In this document: in pieces, positions 40,301 through 49,469 of the stretch
Position numbering within the stretch: position 1 is the stretch's first letter
Layout of the letters: every line of letters begins with the position of its first letter
Source: Legionellales bacterium
GTDB lineage: Bacteria > Pseudomonadota > Gammaproteobacteria > Legionellales > Legionellaceae
Assembly (NCBI GenBank): GCA_026399195.1
Contig: JAPLRK010000084.1
Location: forward strand, 2,116-66,115
Direction of reading: 5' to 3'
DNA length: 64,000 nt
Made by a program: the position numbers and the translations under genes
The notes under the pieces: model-generated
What the model was told of the DNA's origin: nothing
Databases searched by the model: none
The model's input: only the letters and a program-made list of their open reading frames with translations

Positions 40301-41303
40301 ACTGAGACATTGTTGCCATGGTCCTTTGGTGACGCAATTAGACACGATGAACCCTCCGCACATAGAGGCTACATGCCGCGCTCTTTCGAATGATTTGATT
40401 TCCATTTTGATTAAAAATCCTGCAGTGATAACCCAACTAGGGACCCTAACACTTGAAAAACAAGAGGCCGCCTTAAAAGGATTTTTGCCATGGAATCTTC
40501 GTTTATTAATGAACGCACCGACCATAGTGCGTCAGTTATTCCTAAATGCTTTAAATGGCGAAAATATATTTTACAATTTGATGAGTGATAGTGAAGCTGA
40601 TTGTTCACGCGTGGCCGAAGCCTTAGCTGATTTTATGCATGTTCTGGTTAAAAACCCTGATTTTATGAAAAACATCAAGGTATTTTATGATAAATTCCCA
40701 AACAAATGCGCCCCATTTCTAACTCATTTTCGTTCACCTTTATTAAGCGCTTTGATCGAGAAAAATCCTCCTCGATTCAATGAAGAATTTAAAGCGATGA
40801 TTCTGCGTGGGGAAGAGCAAGCTCAAACTGGATATCAACTAGCCCTGAAAACTGCGATAGAACTCCGAGATATACCCTATCTTATGGAGCTTTTACAGTC
40901 TCCACGGATGAAGACAACCTCTGAGGAACTTAAAATCAGCCTTCTCAAAACTATTCCACAAGAAGAAAAAAGAGAGCTTTTTAAGGCTGTTTTGAAGTTG
41001 CAACCTGGTGATATCTATCGACGTAAATTCGCGGAAATGATCCTAAATGATGAGTTCCTCCTCCATCATTATTTTGAAAAAACCCCTGAACGATCAAGGA
41101 TGGATGCTGCCACTTGTAAGAGTGAAAAAAAGATATCCTTAGAGAACGCTAAACTTTGGGAACATGTGAAAAAATTTGCTAGAGCGGTGGAGACGGAACC
41201 AGCACCAGCAGCAACCATAACAACAGGACTCCGGGCTGAACTTCATCATCGGAGGAATGGAGAAAAGGCTACTAGTCATCGTCCCCACTTGGGCGAATGT
41301 TGA
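34380..41303 (+). CDS. giant ankyrin-repeat protein (main body, 2307 codons from the first ATG; frame open from 33873)
   Basis: Dozens of ankyrin repeats (G.TPLH.A...G....V..LL) are organised in about 11 higher-order modules, followed by an about 400-aa non-repeat C-terminal region. 169 open codons without ATG/GTG/TTG precede the first ATG. Confidence 0.8.
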   Translation: MPITGVYVEVSTFQEDGSEIKSCRFIPNGVIDDVSEEERRRLCFKIEDGKLIRKPLVITGKSVSVEGVVVASEGTLTEGSEIGEALIPKKMDFLAFEQLATFNVIAANGSLYYTDQTTCEVVRVDKEALSEADRTTYDLLLSRMNDEHQIATDEELLFIKTITHRSNPALPTREQITQEFKNLNLDTHHLCLFLELTDPTTWVEVKQEIIRDHVSRQATEVDKAKAIEILLSALDKFRDVNDPLIDIVVARFDKKMKPIFELDSFKKPANREALFRRISKLPRDEQGNVLSKITQGKFSNLLLTITQYAPTSIELIEPLIIEGIKKPLHEQKELLKSFEGGIHSDFLSVAIRYEHSLFQRIVASLDEAVPPSPSFMNFMTFEDGKSNILHSAVQHNALDNLRLLLRKGGNRFINSVDPHGNTPLHLAILQKKPEMVDLLLADPLVNLSLKNRSNQSLIDLALKSKDLNLLSNLLTHLLNKSSEEQQALEKALKFKIAEVIAKYLPKTNNEVFLKTMLLHAATLPLKKQTTFLKGIEGNHSSVLTLAAGLSHATFQAVLAKITDLCPPGPTIEQTLNHLPGGSHALLWATGHGQHENINVLLSIGNSNINITNSNGSTALIIAADLTKPAAMEVLLQHRNIKIDIRNKLGKSVFDLLCLHDPSADHQKMIAALLPKAAVLPLSVQEDLLSSNFGYYPNMLTLAAKYPIDTFKKVVQAIKNGGPPGPTLQETFDYKVGHSNFPLHMASEYGHTENVQLLIDEGCPINKRNPNDDTALTIAASKGHLELFKILLLQEGIDLSLRNRQGKNVFDLVQGPMKNEMIKLLLNKAIGKTPSVQKELLSHMEGGVFQTMISLAVTQDLSTFQNIIKALSLSREALLELAETTPLLFHMVNAKQTENLRYLFNFGCDCAIKNAEGDTLLICATRLGIKSMIPLFMTYPATFLLSRNKQGQNALDVAVSGHHDETIDILTIKAASLSLQDQKEFLKNVEGGYFQDVLSFAASRNFDVFQKVLDQSHAMMADVPPAEVEASASPVVVDTSPAQSLLSAFDAAVKHNQTEIIRRLLNEDPRMDTEQPNKAGNTPLMIAVMHGNKELVERFLKENVQMMPKNKMQQNVFDLASKHHPELTETLLLHVRNLPFEQQKALLKSTGFTSVLSYLIRTFPKKHEDICLEQIEKLTLEELEINPVILCLAAANNCPTLIRALLKKGYDINKKNSDGFTPLSLASSWGFLESVKALLEHEDIDIAFRSSKKTNCLDVSFYYPNPELQRCLLVKAASLSLEAQKEFLKDVSGGKYANVLQYADATNDLELKRQVLEKYKGKRLNTIDLINAVKQGSTSIVEFYLTNQFFDIDAVDSMNYSALHWAIVLGQEQMINALIAADADLSLVGENGRNALGDAFAKHPVSIELILVKALSLPLETQKKLLGDFAHPYGGDHFTNVFNFTLAHFKNNPYLVLGSDGLTLEQLDEPNLQGLTSLHMAIKYGRLAAVKLLLEKGCRVQSVTLSEETTLDLAVKENNMAIVELLLIEQQTLLSRVAEGQYPNVLSYAASLSAVTFANIVGAMPMDDLTRSWDHARESLLPSPLHIAAKHDIVPNLSLLLSDKRVDVNALDQEENTALQVAAIYKKIGSIEELLKHPEIQLTHRNALGRSVLDLASKEILAPILSHLLTLPEKDQADLLSTYQEGQYPTVLSIAATLKAENFKALLTQIKKGYDGGSIPRSPLELPDKDGQTPLHLATASGFEDNVRLLCDEGSDVLALDSHQNTPLHLARTPEVVEALLKRPEINLTLRNDQGQNPFDVALLKGDKKIMGHLLSHISALNVERQQEILAQIPGGPHPQWIYYIAKHHGDLLPEILNSYKTPDDLLAAVYQGSPNALQMATGDLIVFQRLFTALMENSKIKATHHFDLNGVFNKDTNEEVLSRIGTFLNQLPPAIQSLNFLTGLPLNLNQVLVALPLTVTTITLFDGVSLSVPLLRHCCHGPLVTQLDTMNPPHIEATCRALSNDLISILIKNPAVITQLGTLTLEKQEAALKGFLPWNLRLLMNAPTIVRQLFLNALNGENIFYNLMSDSEADCSRVAEALADFMHVLVKNPDFMKNIKVFYDKFPNKCAPFLTHFRSPLLSALIEKNPPRFNEEFKAMILRGEEQAQTGYQLALKTAIELRDIPYLMELLQSPRMKTTSEELKISLLKTIPQEEKRELFKAVLKLQPGDIYRRKFAEMILNDEFLLHHYFEKTPERSRMDAATCKSEKKISLENAKLWEHVKKFARAVETEPAPAATITTGLRAELHHRRNGEKATSHRPHLGEC

Positions 41304-41316
41304 TAAAAAGAGCCCG

Positions 41317-42570
41317 TCAACCTATGCAAGCGTGCAATACTTTGTAAGACAAGATCGATAGTAAGGAGGCGGCTGGTAAAGTTAATATCCAGGAGGTGAA
41401 AATATTTCGGATGACGATGAGGTTCAAAGCGCCGATACCTCGGGCAAGTCCGACACCTAATACCGCACCTACCAAGGTCTGGGTTGCGGAAACAGGGATC
41501 CCCATACTGGTAGCGACCACCACTGAGGTTGCGGCGGCTAGCGTTGCGGCAAATGCTCGGCTGGGGGTTAATGCGGTGATGGAACTTCCTACGGTTTCAA
41601 TGACCTTTCGACCATACATGAGTAGCCCACTGATAACTCCAACACACCCTAGTAAAACAATCCAGGCAGGATAATCCATCGCACCAAAAGGTTGGTGGGG
41701 ATGCATTACCAAACTGTAGACAATGCTCAGAGGCCCAACAGCAAGCGCTACATCATTTGAGCCATGTGCAAACACCATCGCACAGGCAGTCATTGCCATG
41801 AGAACTGCAAAATATTTTTCAACCTGCAAAAACCGCTCGCGTCGCTTCATGCCATGTTTTTCAGGGATCCGCCGAATGAATAGGATACCGACAATGGTGA
41901 TGATGATGCTGCTTGCCAAAGTGGTGGCTATGTTTTGTTTTAAATTGAGGTGAATATCAAAGTGGCTGAGTCCTTTGAAAACTGTGATGAAAGAGAGAAT
42001 CGATCCTACCAAAAAAAGGTAAATGGGGATGTAAAGTTTGGCTTTTTCTAAGGGATCACTTCGGGCAAAAATGGATTGTTGAATCGTGATGAACAAAATA
42101 TAGGCTGTGATGCCGGAAATCATGGGTGAGGTCACCCAGCCAATCGCGATGCGATAAACCTGGCTCCATTCGATGGCATCAGTGCCTAGGACCACACTCC
42201 CAAAGCCAACCATAGAACCGACCAAGGCGTTGGTGATAGATACGGGAACGCCTAGATAGCTTGCGAGGTTCATCCAAATCGTGCAGGCGAGGAGTATGCC
42301 CAACATGCCCTCAATGAGGATCAGAGGTTGCTGTGATAACTCTGTGGTGTTGATGATCCCATCTCGCATGGTTTCGGTCACCCCGGTGCCACCAAAAAAT
42401 GCCCCTGCGAATTCAAAGATGACCGCTATCAGCATGGCTTGTTTGACGGTGACCGCTTTTGAGCCCATCGTGGTGCTCATGACGTTCGCCAGATCATTGG
42501 CACCAACACCCCAAGTCATGAAGAAGCAAAGGAGAACGGCTAAGATTAAAAAGAGAATAGAGTAGTCCAT
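41317..42570 (-). CDS. inorganic phosphate transporter, PiT family
   Basis: GANDLANVMSTTMGS and a second GSNDVALAVGP motif mark the PiT internal repeat. The start is set at MDYSILF (42570), 8 nt after the DUF47 gene stop. Confidence 0.85.
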   Translation of the reverse strand: MDYSILFLILAVLLCFFMTWGVGANDLANVMSTTMGSKAVTVKQAMLIAVIFEFAGAFFGGTGVTETMRDGIINTTELSQQPLILIEGMLGILLACTIWMNLASYLGVPVSITNALVGSMVGFGSVVLGTDAIEWSQVYRIAIGWVTSPMISGITAYILFITIQQSIFARSDPLEKAKLYIPIYLFLVGSILSFITVFKGLSHFDIHLNLKQNIATTLASSIIITIVGILFIRRIPEKHGMKRRERFLQVEKYFAVLMAMTACAMVFAHGSNDVALAVGPLSIVYSLVMHPHQPFGAMDYPAWIVLLGCVGVISGLLMYGRKVIETVGSSITALTPSRAFAATLAAATSVVVATSMGIPVSATQTLVGAVLGVGLARGIGALNLIVIRNIFTSWILTLPAASLLSILSYKVLHACIG

Positions 42571-42578
42571 TAATGGGG

Positions 42579-43250
42579 TTACCTGGCTATGAGAATTTGA
42601 AGTCGACCACCTACCGTTTGGGCATGGTCGGCCAATTCGCCAATCCATTGAACGAGTTTGTAGAGAAAAATCACCTCAATGGTAGGTAACTCCTTTTCCA
42701 ACTCAAAAATACGGTGTCTGATGTCTGCGAGTTTTTCATCACTATCTTGTTCGATTTCATCTAAGGTGACTATCATCTCTTCAACAATTTTCACCTCAGT
42801 ACCGCGAAAACCACTCTCCAGGAGATCATCTAATTCGTTGATCGCTTTACAGGCCTGTTTAGCGGCATCCAGGCATCGATGAAGAAAGGGCATCAATAAG
42901 GTTGCGATGGCTTTTGGGATAAGCATTTTCCGACCCATGATGAGGCCTGCAATGTCTTCAGCTTTGTTGGCAATGCGGTCTTGAACGCTTAATAGTTCAA
43001 GAAGATCCGTTCGAGCGACAGGTAGAAACAATCCTGTTGGAAGATGAAGACGGAGATCACGCTTGATGAGATCGGCTTCTTTTTCAAGTGCTACAATTTT
43101 ATCTTTGATGGATTGGGCCGTTTCCCAATCGAGTTGCAGCACCGCTTCAAAAAAAGGAGTGAGTTGCTTGGCACAAAGATAGGTTTTGTGCATGTGTTGT
43201 TCAATAGGCTTGATTGGAGACGGCCCAAACATATTAAATATGCTAGCCAT
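42579..43250 (-). CDS. DUF47/PhoU-like phosphate transport regulator (Pit accessory protein)
   Basis: 223-aa helical protein immediately upstream of the PiT gene, the conserved gene pair. Confidence 0.75.
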   Translation of the reverse strand: MASIFNMFGPSPIKPIEQHMHKTYLCAKQLTPFFEAVLQLDWETAQSIKDKIVALEKEADLIKRDLRLHLPTGLFLPVARTDLLELLSVQDRIANKAEDIAGLIMGRKMLIPKAIATLLMPFLHRCLDAAKQACKAINELDDLLESGFRGTEVKIVEEMIVTLDEIEQDSDEKLADIRHRIFELEKELPTIEVIFLYKLVQWIGELADHAQTVGGRLQILIAR

Positions 43251-43350
43251 GAGATTTTCGCCTTATTAAAAATGATGGATAATTATACCCAATATTTCAT
43301 AGGAACTATATACTTATCGTTTTTTCGCCAAATGATATTAAGGATAAAGC

Positions 43351-44619
43351 ATGCACATCATCAACATCCATGGTCGTGAAATATTGGATTCGAGAGGAAA
43401 TCCAACGGTTGAAGCCGATGTGGTATTGGATAACGGGATGATGGGCCGTGCCAGCGTGCCATCTGGTGCTTCAACGGGTTGTCATGAAGCGGTCGAGTTA
43501 AGAGATGGCGATATGCTTCGGTATGGTGGAAAGGGGGTGCTTCATGCGGTGTCACACATCAATGGTGAGATCAACCAAGCCCTTCATCATTTCCCAATAG
43601 CCTCTCAAGAGCAGCTTGACGCGCATCTCTGTGAATTAGATGGCACAGAAAACAAATCTCGATTAGGTGCTAACGCGATTTTAGCAGTCTCTTTGGCGTC
43701 TGCACGCGCCCTTGCGAATGCGCGTGAACTACCTTTGTATGCTTCTTTGAATGAAGAAGAAGAAATGGTGATGCCGGTTCCCATGATGAATGTGCTCAAT
43801 GGCGGGGCTCATGCGGATAATAATGTGGATATTCAAGAGTTTATGGTGATGCCTGTGGGGGCAGTAGATTTTCCTTCAGCCCTGCAAATGGGTTCTGAAA
43901 CGTTTCACGTGTTAAAAGAGCTGTTAAAAAAGCAAGGGATGGCCACAGCGGTGGGGGATGAAGGTGGTTTTGCCCCGAATTTAACATCCAATCGGCAAGC
44001 CCTCGACTTGTTGTCTGAGGCTATTCTTTTGGCGGGTTTTCGTTTGGGAACTGATATCGTCTTAGCTTTGGATGTGGCCGCTTCTGAATTATTCCAGGAA
44101 GGGTTTTATCATTTGCCTTCCGAGGACAAAAAATTCAGTGCAGCAGAATTAATACAGTATTATGATGCGCTTATCCGAGATTATCCGATCGTAAGTATTG
44201 AGGATGGTCTTGATCAAAATGATTGGCATGGGTGGCAGCAGATGACCGCACAGTTAGGTCGTCGCGTGCAGTTGGTTGGAGATGATTTGTTTGTGACAAA
44301 CCCCCGGATACTTGCTAAAGGGATTGCTGAAAAGACAGCCAATTCCGTGCTCATCAAGTTGAATCAAATCGGTACTTTAACCGAAACAAAACAGACGATC
44401 CGGCTTGCCAAAAGTCATGGTTATCGTTGTGTGATGTCGCATCGATCAGGAGAAACGGAAGATACCTTCATTGCGGATTTGGTGGTGGCTACGGGATGCG
44501 GGCAAATCAAAACAGGTTCTTTGTGTCGTACGGATAGAATGTGTAAATATAATCAACTACTTAGAATCAATGAACGCGTTGTCTTACCTTATGCAGGGGG
44601 TCTGTATTTTGGTCATTGA
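43351..44619 (+). CDS. eno: enolase
   Basis: [19 protein letters not shown].., [15 protein letters not shown]. Confidence 0.95.
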   Translation: MHIINIHGREILDSRGNPTVEADVVLDNGMMGRASVPSGASTGCHEAVELRDGDMLRYGGKGVLHAVSHINGEINQALHHFPIASQEQLDAHLCELDGTENKSRLGANAILAVSLASARALANARELPLYASLNEEEEMVMPVPMMNVLNGGAHADNNVDIQEFMVMPVGAVDFPSALQMGSETFHVLKELLKKQGMATAVGDEGGFAPNLTSNRQALDLLSEAILLAGFRLGTDIVLALDVAASELFQEGFYHLPSEDKKFSAAELIQYYDALIRDYPIVSIEDGLDQNDWHGWQQMTAQLGRRVQLVGDDLFVTNPRILAKGIAEKTANSVLIKLNQIGTLTETKQTIRLAKSHGYRCVMSHRSGETEDTFIADLVVATGCGQIKTGSLCRTDRMCKYNQLLRINERVVLPYAGGLYFGH

Positions 44620-44669
44620 ACGGCGGTGCCAGAACATGCCCAGCTCCCGATCCTTGTGGTTTTTCCTGA

Positions 44670-45647
44670 CTATGGGCTTGGTGTAAAGCCTGTTTCCTCT
44701 TTCTTGTTCTCTTCCTCTTTCTTTTCTTTTTTTTGTATGGCGTTTGTCTCTCCGCGTGTGGCTATTTTCGCAAGGCGTGCTTTCTTTTCCGCTTCGCTTG
44801 CAGCAGCTGCTACCATTTTCTTTCCCTGAGGTGGTGAGGGGGTTGGTGTGGTCATCTGTGGAATGGCCCCAGGTGTATTCTGAGCTGCTAATGCTGCGGC
44901 TTTACCCGTTTTAGGCAGCTTTGAATTGGCCATTTTTCCGATAGTAGGAGGCGTGTTTTTTGTTGTTTTATCAGGGGTTGAGCTCGGAGACCTAGCCACA
45001 GCCTTTTGTTTTGCAGGAGTTGAGCTCATAGGCCTAGAGACAGACTTTTCTTGTTTTGTCTTGTCTTCATCTCCCTCATCGTTCTTTTTGGTTGGAGCTT
45101 TTGGTGTGGGGCGTGGATTTGGTGCAGCACTAAGCGTGGGCTTTGGTGAGACACTGCCTACTGCAAGGGTTGCCGGCCTTGGAGCAGGGGGAAGTAATCC
45201 CTTGGAGATTTTCTCCATTGGGGTGCCCTTCACATTTTTTTGAATCACATCGCATAGTGCGCGGTTTTCTTTTAAGGCATTTTGAATAGCTTCTTTCATC
45301 TTCGGATTAGAATCCAGAAATTTTTGAAGCTGTTTAGCAATCCATGGGGCCATTTTGGACTTTAGTGCGTTCTTAATGAGGTTACTACTAAAAAATTTTT
45401 CAGCCTCTTTGGCTGCATCTGGTTGCTTCAAACGATTTTCGACTTGTGATGGGGTTGGTGGTGCTCCTCCATGTCCAAGTTTGAATCCCAAAAAATTAAG
45501 AAGTGCTTTGATGATTTTGGTGAGCATGGTCTGCTTGTCCGGAGGCTCTTGGGACCTGGACATAGCGGGAGGTACGTCGGAATCAAGGGACCATAATTCC
45601 TTTTGCTCTGGGCTCATTTTTTTCTTAGGCTTAGGGTTTTTAGACAT
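44670..45647 (-). CDS. Pro/Lys/Thr-rich low-complexity protein, hypothetical
   Basis: 325-aa ORF with one short structured-looking helical segment (aa 40-150), then PxxP/TP-rich disorder and a KE-rich tail. Strand was chosen because the sense frame is the only uninterrupted long one. Confidence 0.55.
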   Translation of the reverse strand: MSKNPKPKKKMSPEQKELWSLDSDVPPAMSRSQEPPDKQTMLTKIIKALLNFLGFKLGHGGAPPTPSQVENRLKQPDAAKEAEKFFSSNLIKNALKSKMAPWIAKQLQKFLDSNPKMKEAIQNALKENRALCDVIQKNVKGTPMEKISKGLLPPAPRPATLAVGSVSPKPTLSAAPNPRPTPKAPTKKNDEGDEDKTKQEKSVSRPMSSTPAKQKAVARSPSSTPDKTTKNTPPTIGKMANSKLPKTGKAAALAAQNTPGAIPQMTTPTPSPPQGKKMVAAAASEAEKKARLAKIATRGETNAIQKKEKKEEENKKEETGFTPSP

Positions 45648-45778
45648 AACGATTCCTCACGGTCACCTATCTTTAGTCTAGACCACTATTCCAACCCCTG
45701 CAATTTAGGTCACCTATTGACCTGTTACTTCGAGACCACACAAGCTATAATAAATCAACTTGACTGACGGGTTTATGC

Positions 45779-46048
45779 ATGCGAACGATCATCATTTTTT
45801 TGTTGTTGGCGCTTATTGGCTTGCAATACAAGTTATGGTTAGGTGATGCTAGCGTCCTGCAATGGTTTCATTTAGAGAGTAAGTTGATGGCTGAAGAGCA
45901 GGAAAACAAAAGGCTTGAAGCTCGGAATTCGGCTGTTGAGGCTGATGTTCTTGAGCTTAAATCAGGGGAACAAGCCCTTGAAGAACAAGCCCGTTATGAG
46001 TTAGGGATGATCAAAGAGGGTGAAGTGTATTATCAATGTGTGCCTTAG
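45779..46048 (+). CDS. ftsB: cell division protein FtsB
   Basis: 89 aa with one TM and a coiled coil; ..EEQARYELGMIKEGEVYY is the FtsB C-terminal signature. It follows eno, as in many gammaproteobacteria. Confidence 0.85.
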   Translation: MRTIIIFLLLALIGLQYKLWLGDASVLQWFHLESKLMAEEQENKRLEARNSAVEADVLELKSGEQALEEQARYELGMIKEGEVYYQCVP

Positions 46049-46926
46049 ATGGCCATCAATTCGATGTCCATTTCGGGAGGTTTGGTCGCCCACAAACTGA
46101 TCACATAGCCGCCGCCCCCTGATCCAGTGGGTTTTACGGCGATTGCCCCTGCCTCGCGTAGGCTGTCCATGTGTTTCTGAAGGCCATCACTTACCAAGCC
46201 CCATTGTTGGAAACAATCTTTCGCGCTATTGATAGCGTCGGCCAGTTCAGGTAGTGAGGTGGCTGTTTGTTTTTCCAAGGCATTTTGGGCTTTTTGGACG
46301 CAATATGACATATGTTGGTCAATGCTTGTCGCGAAAGTTGGATCTTTTTCCCAGAGCGCTTTGACAAGATCTATACAATGTGAGGTGATGCCGATTTGTC
46401 CGCACGAGGATAAAAACCATTGGGGGGTCCAGGCGATGGTGAGCGGAGTACATCGTCCTTGTAAGAAGTGTACTCCCGATGTTGCGGCTACCCCTGCGAT
46501 GTCTAAACCACTACTTTGGCCATGAAACAAATCTTCTAATCGTTTGGCAAATTCATGGATATCTAGGGATTTTTCAGTAATTTGGGTTGCAAACCAGCGT
46601 GCAGTGGCTACACATAATGCCGCAGAGGCACCCATGCCGACACCAATGGGTACATCGCTATACAAATCAAAATGTCCGCTCAATTGATTAAGGGAGCGGG
46701 TCTGGAGTTGCATCCCTTGTTCAAGTACGCTCCAAAACAGCAAGTGTGTGTCAGCACCGCTTTCGCCGGAGTAGCTTGCGCTCAACTCTTTGGATGAATT
46801 TTGGTAGCTTAGGGTTAAGCTTTTGGACGTGATGGGGAAAACCAGAGCGCTGTGGCCACGGATGACGGCGTGTTCTCCAGCCAAAATCCACTTGCCATGG
46901 ACTGCTGTATTGAAATCAGAAGACAT
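46045..46926 (-). CDS. mvk: mevalonate kinase (GHMP kinase)
   Basis: HGKWILAGEHAVIRG N-terminal motif and the GHMP loop PIGVGMGASAA. It overlaps the decarboxylase gene. Confidence 0.7.
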   Translation of the reverse strand: MSSDFNTAVHGKWILAGEHAVIRGHSALVFPITSKSLTLSYQNSSKELSASYSGESGADTHLLFWSVLEQGMQLQTRSLNQLSGHFDLYSDVPIGVGMGASAALCVATARWFATQITEKSLDIHEFAKRLEDLFHGQSSGLDIAGVAATSGVHFLQGRCTPLTIAWTPQWFLSSCGQIGITSHCIDLVKALWEKDPTFATSIDQHMSYCVQKAQNALEKQTATSLPELADAINSAKDCFQQWGLVSDGLQKHMDSLREAGAIAVKPTGSGGGGYVISLWATKPPEMDIELMAI

Positions 46927-47863
46927 CGTAATTGCCTATCAAATGGTCTTGTTTAAATCTTCGTGCCATGTCGGCTTGATCAGGACGATAGAGCACATGG
47001 ATGTTGGGGCCCGCATCCATGGTGATGATAGGACCATCTCCCTCATTTTTCCACACATTTTGTAAGTGTGTTAAGAGCTCTTGGCTTTGGGATGTCATAT
47101 AAGAAAAAGGTTCGGCACTTGTAGAAAATAACGAATGCAAATCTTGAAATTCTTGCCAAGAGATATGGTAGGCGCTTTTCCAATCTTCGGATTTGAGGGC
47201 GTGAAGCAGGGCTTTTAAGTTTTGTTGGGCACGTAGGTTTCTTGTTGGGTAATTAGGGCTCGTCATGACTCGAAGGTGCGCTTCACGAGAGGATACTTTT
47301 TTTTCATCACGACTGATGATGATCACTTGGTGAAGTAATTTTTTGTAAGGGATCTCAGGGACGGTTACCGTTTCATCTTCCCAAAGCGCCCATGGTGCAA
47401 AAAATGAGCGGCATGAGGAGCCTGAGCCTATACGGCTGAGTTGGGCCATGATTTCTGTGGAGGGGGGCGGGGTTTTGGTGAGCTCACTGAGCGCCATGAT
47501 GGCGCATTTGGTAAGGGCTGCAAAACTGGAGGCTGAGCTTGCCAAACCACTGCTGTGAGGGAAATTATTGCTTGAACGGACTAGCATAGCACCGGTATGG
47601 TTAAAGAGGGCTTTTAGGCGAGCCAAGTGACTTAAGAAGCGTTCTTCCGCTTCTTTCGGTAGGGTTACTGGCAATGCACCAGGGATGTCCAAGGGTTCCC
47701 AAAAATCTTTTTTTCCGGGGTGCTCTTCTATCATCACGCTGGTTAATAGATTTGTTAAGGTATAGGAAATGGACGGGTTAATGGGGAGATTTAGTTCAAC
47801 GTTTTTTTTTCCCATGTATTTGATGAGTGCGATGTTGGAAGGGGCTTGAGCGAACCATGACAT
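46916..47863 (-). CDS. mvaD: diphosphomevalonate decarboxylase
   Basis: APSNIALIKYMGKK.., GLASSASSFAAL. Confidence 0.8.
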   Translation of the reverse strand: MSWFAQAPSNIALIKYMGKKNVELNLPINPSISYTLTNLLTSVMIEEHPGKKDFWEPLDIPGALPVTLPKEAEERFLSHLARLKALFNHTGAMLVRSSNNFPHSSGLASSASSFAALTKCAIMALSELTKTPPPSTEIMAQLSRIGSGSSCRSFFAPWALWEDETVTVPEIPYKKLLHQVIIISRDEKKVSSREAHLRVMTSPNYPTRNLRAQQNLKALLHALKSEDWKSAYHISWQEFQDLHSLFSTSAEPFSYMTSQSQELLTHLQNVWKNEGDGPIITMDAGPNIHVLYRPDQADMARRFKQDHLIGNYDVF

Positions 47864-47889
47864 CTGGAGTTCTCCTTTGTTTTAAAGTA

Positions 47890-48546
47890 TTAGTGCCCTG
47901 GGGCATCGTTCCATAATAGTTTATGTAGTTGTACTTGAAATCGTACTGGCAATCGGTCTTGAACTATCCAGTTGGCAAGTTCTGTTGGGTTTAATTGCCC
48001 ATAACTTGGGGAAAACAGGATCATCGCTTTGTCCTGCAGTTGGTGGGTGATGAGCATATCTCGCGCCCATTGATAGTCTTCACGGCCACATAACACAAAC
48101 TTTAGCTGATCATTTTTTTTTAAAAGGGACAGATTGGATAATTTGTTTTTTTGATGCTCGCCTGAGTCTGGTGTTTTGAGATCCATGACGACCATGACGC
48201 GCTCATCGACCCCTTCGAGGCTCAGTGCGCCGCTAGTTTCAAGGGATACGGAATAGCCCTCATCACACAAATTTTGCAGTAAAACCGTACAATTGGGTTG
48301 CGCCAAAGGTTCGCCGCCTGTGACACAGACGTACTGACAGGCATAGGAGGCTACTTCTGTCATGATGTGGTCAAAAGCTAGTCTATTGCCTCCAGTAAAC
48401 GCATAGGTGGTATCACAATAGTGGCATCGGAGGGGACATCCTGTCAGTCGTACAAAAACCGTTGGTAAGCCTATAGTGGTGGATTCTCCCTGTAATGAAT
48501 GGAAAATTTCAGTGATCCGTAGGCTAAGAACGGGTTGTTTCATCAT
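47890..48546 (-). CDS. queE: 7-carboxy-7-deazaguanine synthase (radical SAM)
   Basis: EIFHSLQGEST..G.PTVFVRLTGCPLRCHYCDT. Confidence 0.85.
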   Translation of the reverse strand: MMKQPVLSLRITEIFHSLQGESTTIGLPTVFVRLTGCPLRCHYCDTTYAFTGGNRLAFDHIMTEVASYACQYVCVTGGEPLAQPNCTVLLQNLCDEGYSVSLETSGALSLEGVDERVMVVMDLKTPDSGEHQKNKLSNLSLLKKNDQLKFVLCGREDYQWARDMLITHQLQDKAMILFSPSYGQLNPTELANWIVQDRLPVRFQVQLHKLLWNDAPGH

Positions 48547-49469
48547 GCGCGGTTCTTTAATATATCCAATTTCACTCTGGCTAGTTGCGCCGTGTTGGTG
48601 TTGGGATACTTTTGTATGACTTGTTCTAGATGGGTAATGGCCTCTTGTTTTTTGCCAGATGCGGCTAGTGCATAGCCGATTTTCAGTAAACTTGCAGAGG
48701 TTTTGCTGGAGGATGGGAATTGTTGCAGCACCACGTCAAAATGCTGAATGGCTTCGGGATAGCTTTTTTTGACCAGGTACAGTTCGCCAATCCAGTACTG
48801 AGCGTTCGCGGTATATCCCCCTTGAGGGTGCTGGGTTACAAAGGTTTGCATGGCTTCTAAGGCATCGTCAAATTTTTTGTTTTTGACCAACTCGTAGGCG
48901 GCAAGATAGCTTATTTGTTCGTCCGCAGGGTTTGTGCGCGTTGCTGGGTTTTGGGTTTGGAGTGTTACGATCTTGGGTTTGGTCACCAAAGAAGGTGTGT
49001 TTTTTGACATCTCTTTTGGGGTAAGCGTGACATTTGCAACGGGTTCTTTTTGGGTGCTTTTTAGGGGTTCAGGAGGACGGATTCGAGCGTCTAAATCTTT
49101 ATAAAAGGTGAGTTGTTGCTGTTGTAACAATTTTAAATCGTGAGCTTGAACTTCCAATTGGCCACGTAATTCTTGAACTTCTTGTTGTAAGCCTTGGATT
49201 TTGTCCAACAGCACTGCATGAGTGCTGTTGTTGCTTTTGGTATTACTGTGGTTTTCTGTATCCACCGTATCATTGGCCAACGCAGTCTCTTCGTCATTTT
49301 CAGACGTTTGGGCACGTTCTCTTGTAACAGGCCGTTCGAAAGTCGGCTGGTGTTCGTCGAGAAGGGCAAAATTTTCGCTATCATCAACCACCGGTGCTTC
49401 TGAGAAGACTTGCAGGGGTAGGATGCAGGCGAAACATGCCATGATCAAAAGACGGTGGGTTTTCTTCAT
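48543..49469 (-). CDS. cpoB: Tol-Pal system protein CpoB/YbgF
   Basis: Signal peptide, coiled coil (LQQEVQELRGQLE) and C-terminal TPR. It lies directly downstream of pal. Confidence 0.8.
   Translation of the reverse strand: MKKTHRLLIMACFACILPLQVFSEAPVVDDSENFALLDEHQPTFERPVTRERAQTSENDEETALANDTVDTENHSNTKSNNSTHAVLLDKIQGLQQEVQELRGQLEVQAHDLKLLQQQQLTFYKDLDARIRPPEPLKSTQKEPVANVTLTPKEMSKNTPSLVTKPKIVTLQTQNPATRTNPADEQISYLAAYELVKNKKFDDALEAMQTFVTQHPQGGYTANAQYWIGELYLVKKSYPEAIQHFDVVLQQFPSSSKTSASLLKIGYALAASGKKQEAITHLEQVIQKYPNTNTAQLARVKLDILKNRA

Noticed and set aside
44626-45681. Three plus-strand ORFs (67, 105 and 108 aa) opposite the Pro/Lys-rich gene.
   Set aside because: They are fragmented antisense shadows of a low-complexity gene. 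Only the minus strand gives one continuous 325-codon frame with a start and a plausible RBS.
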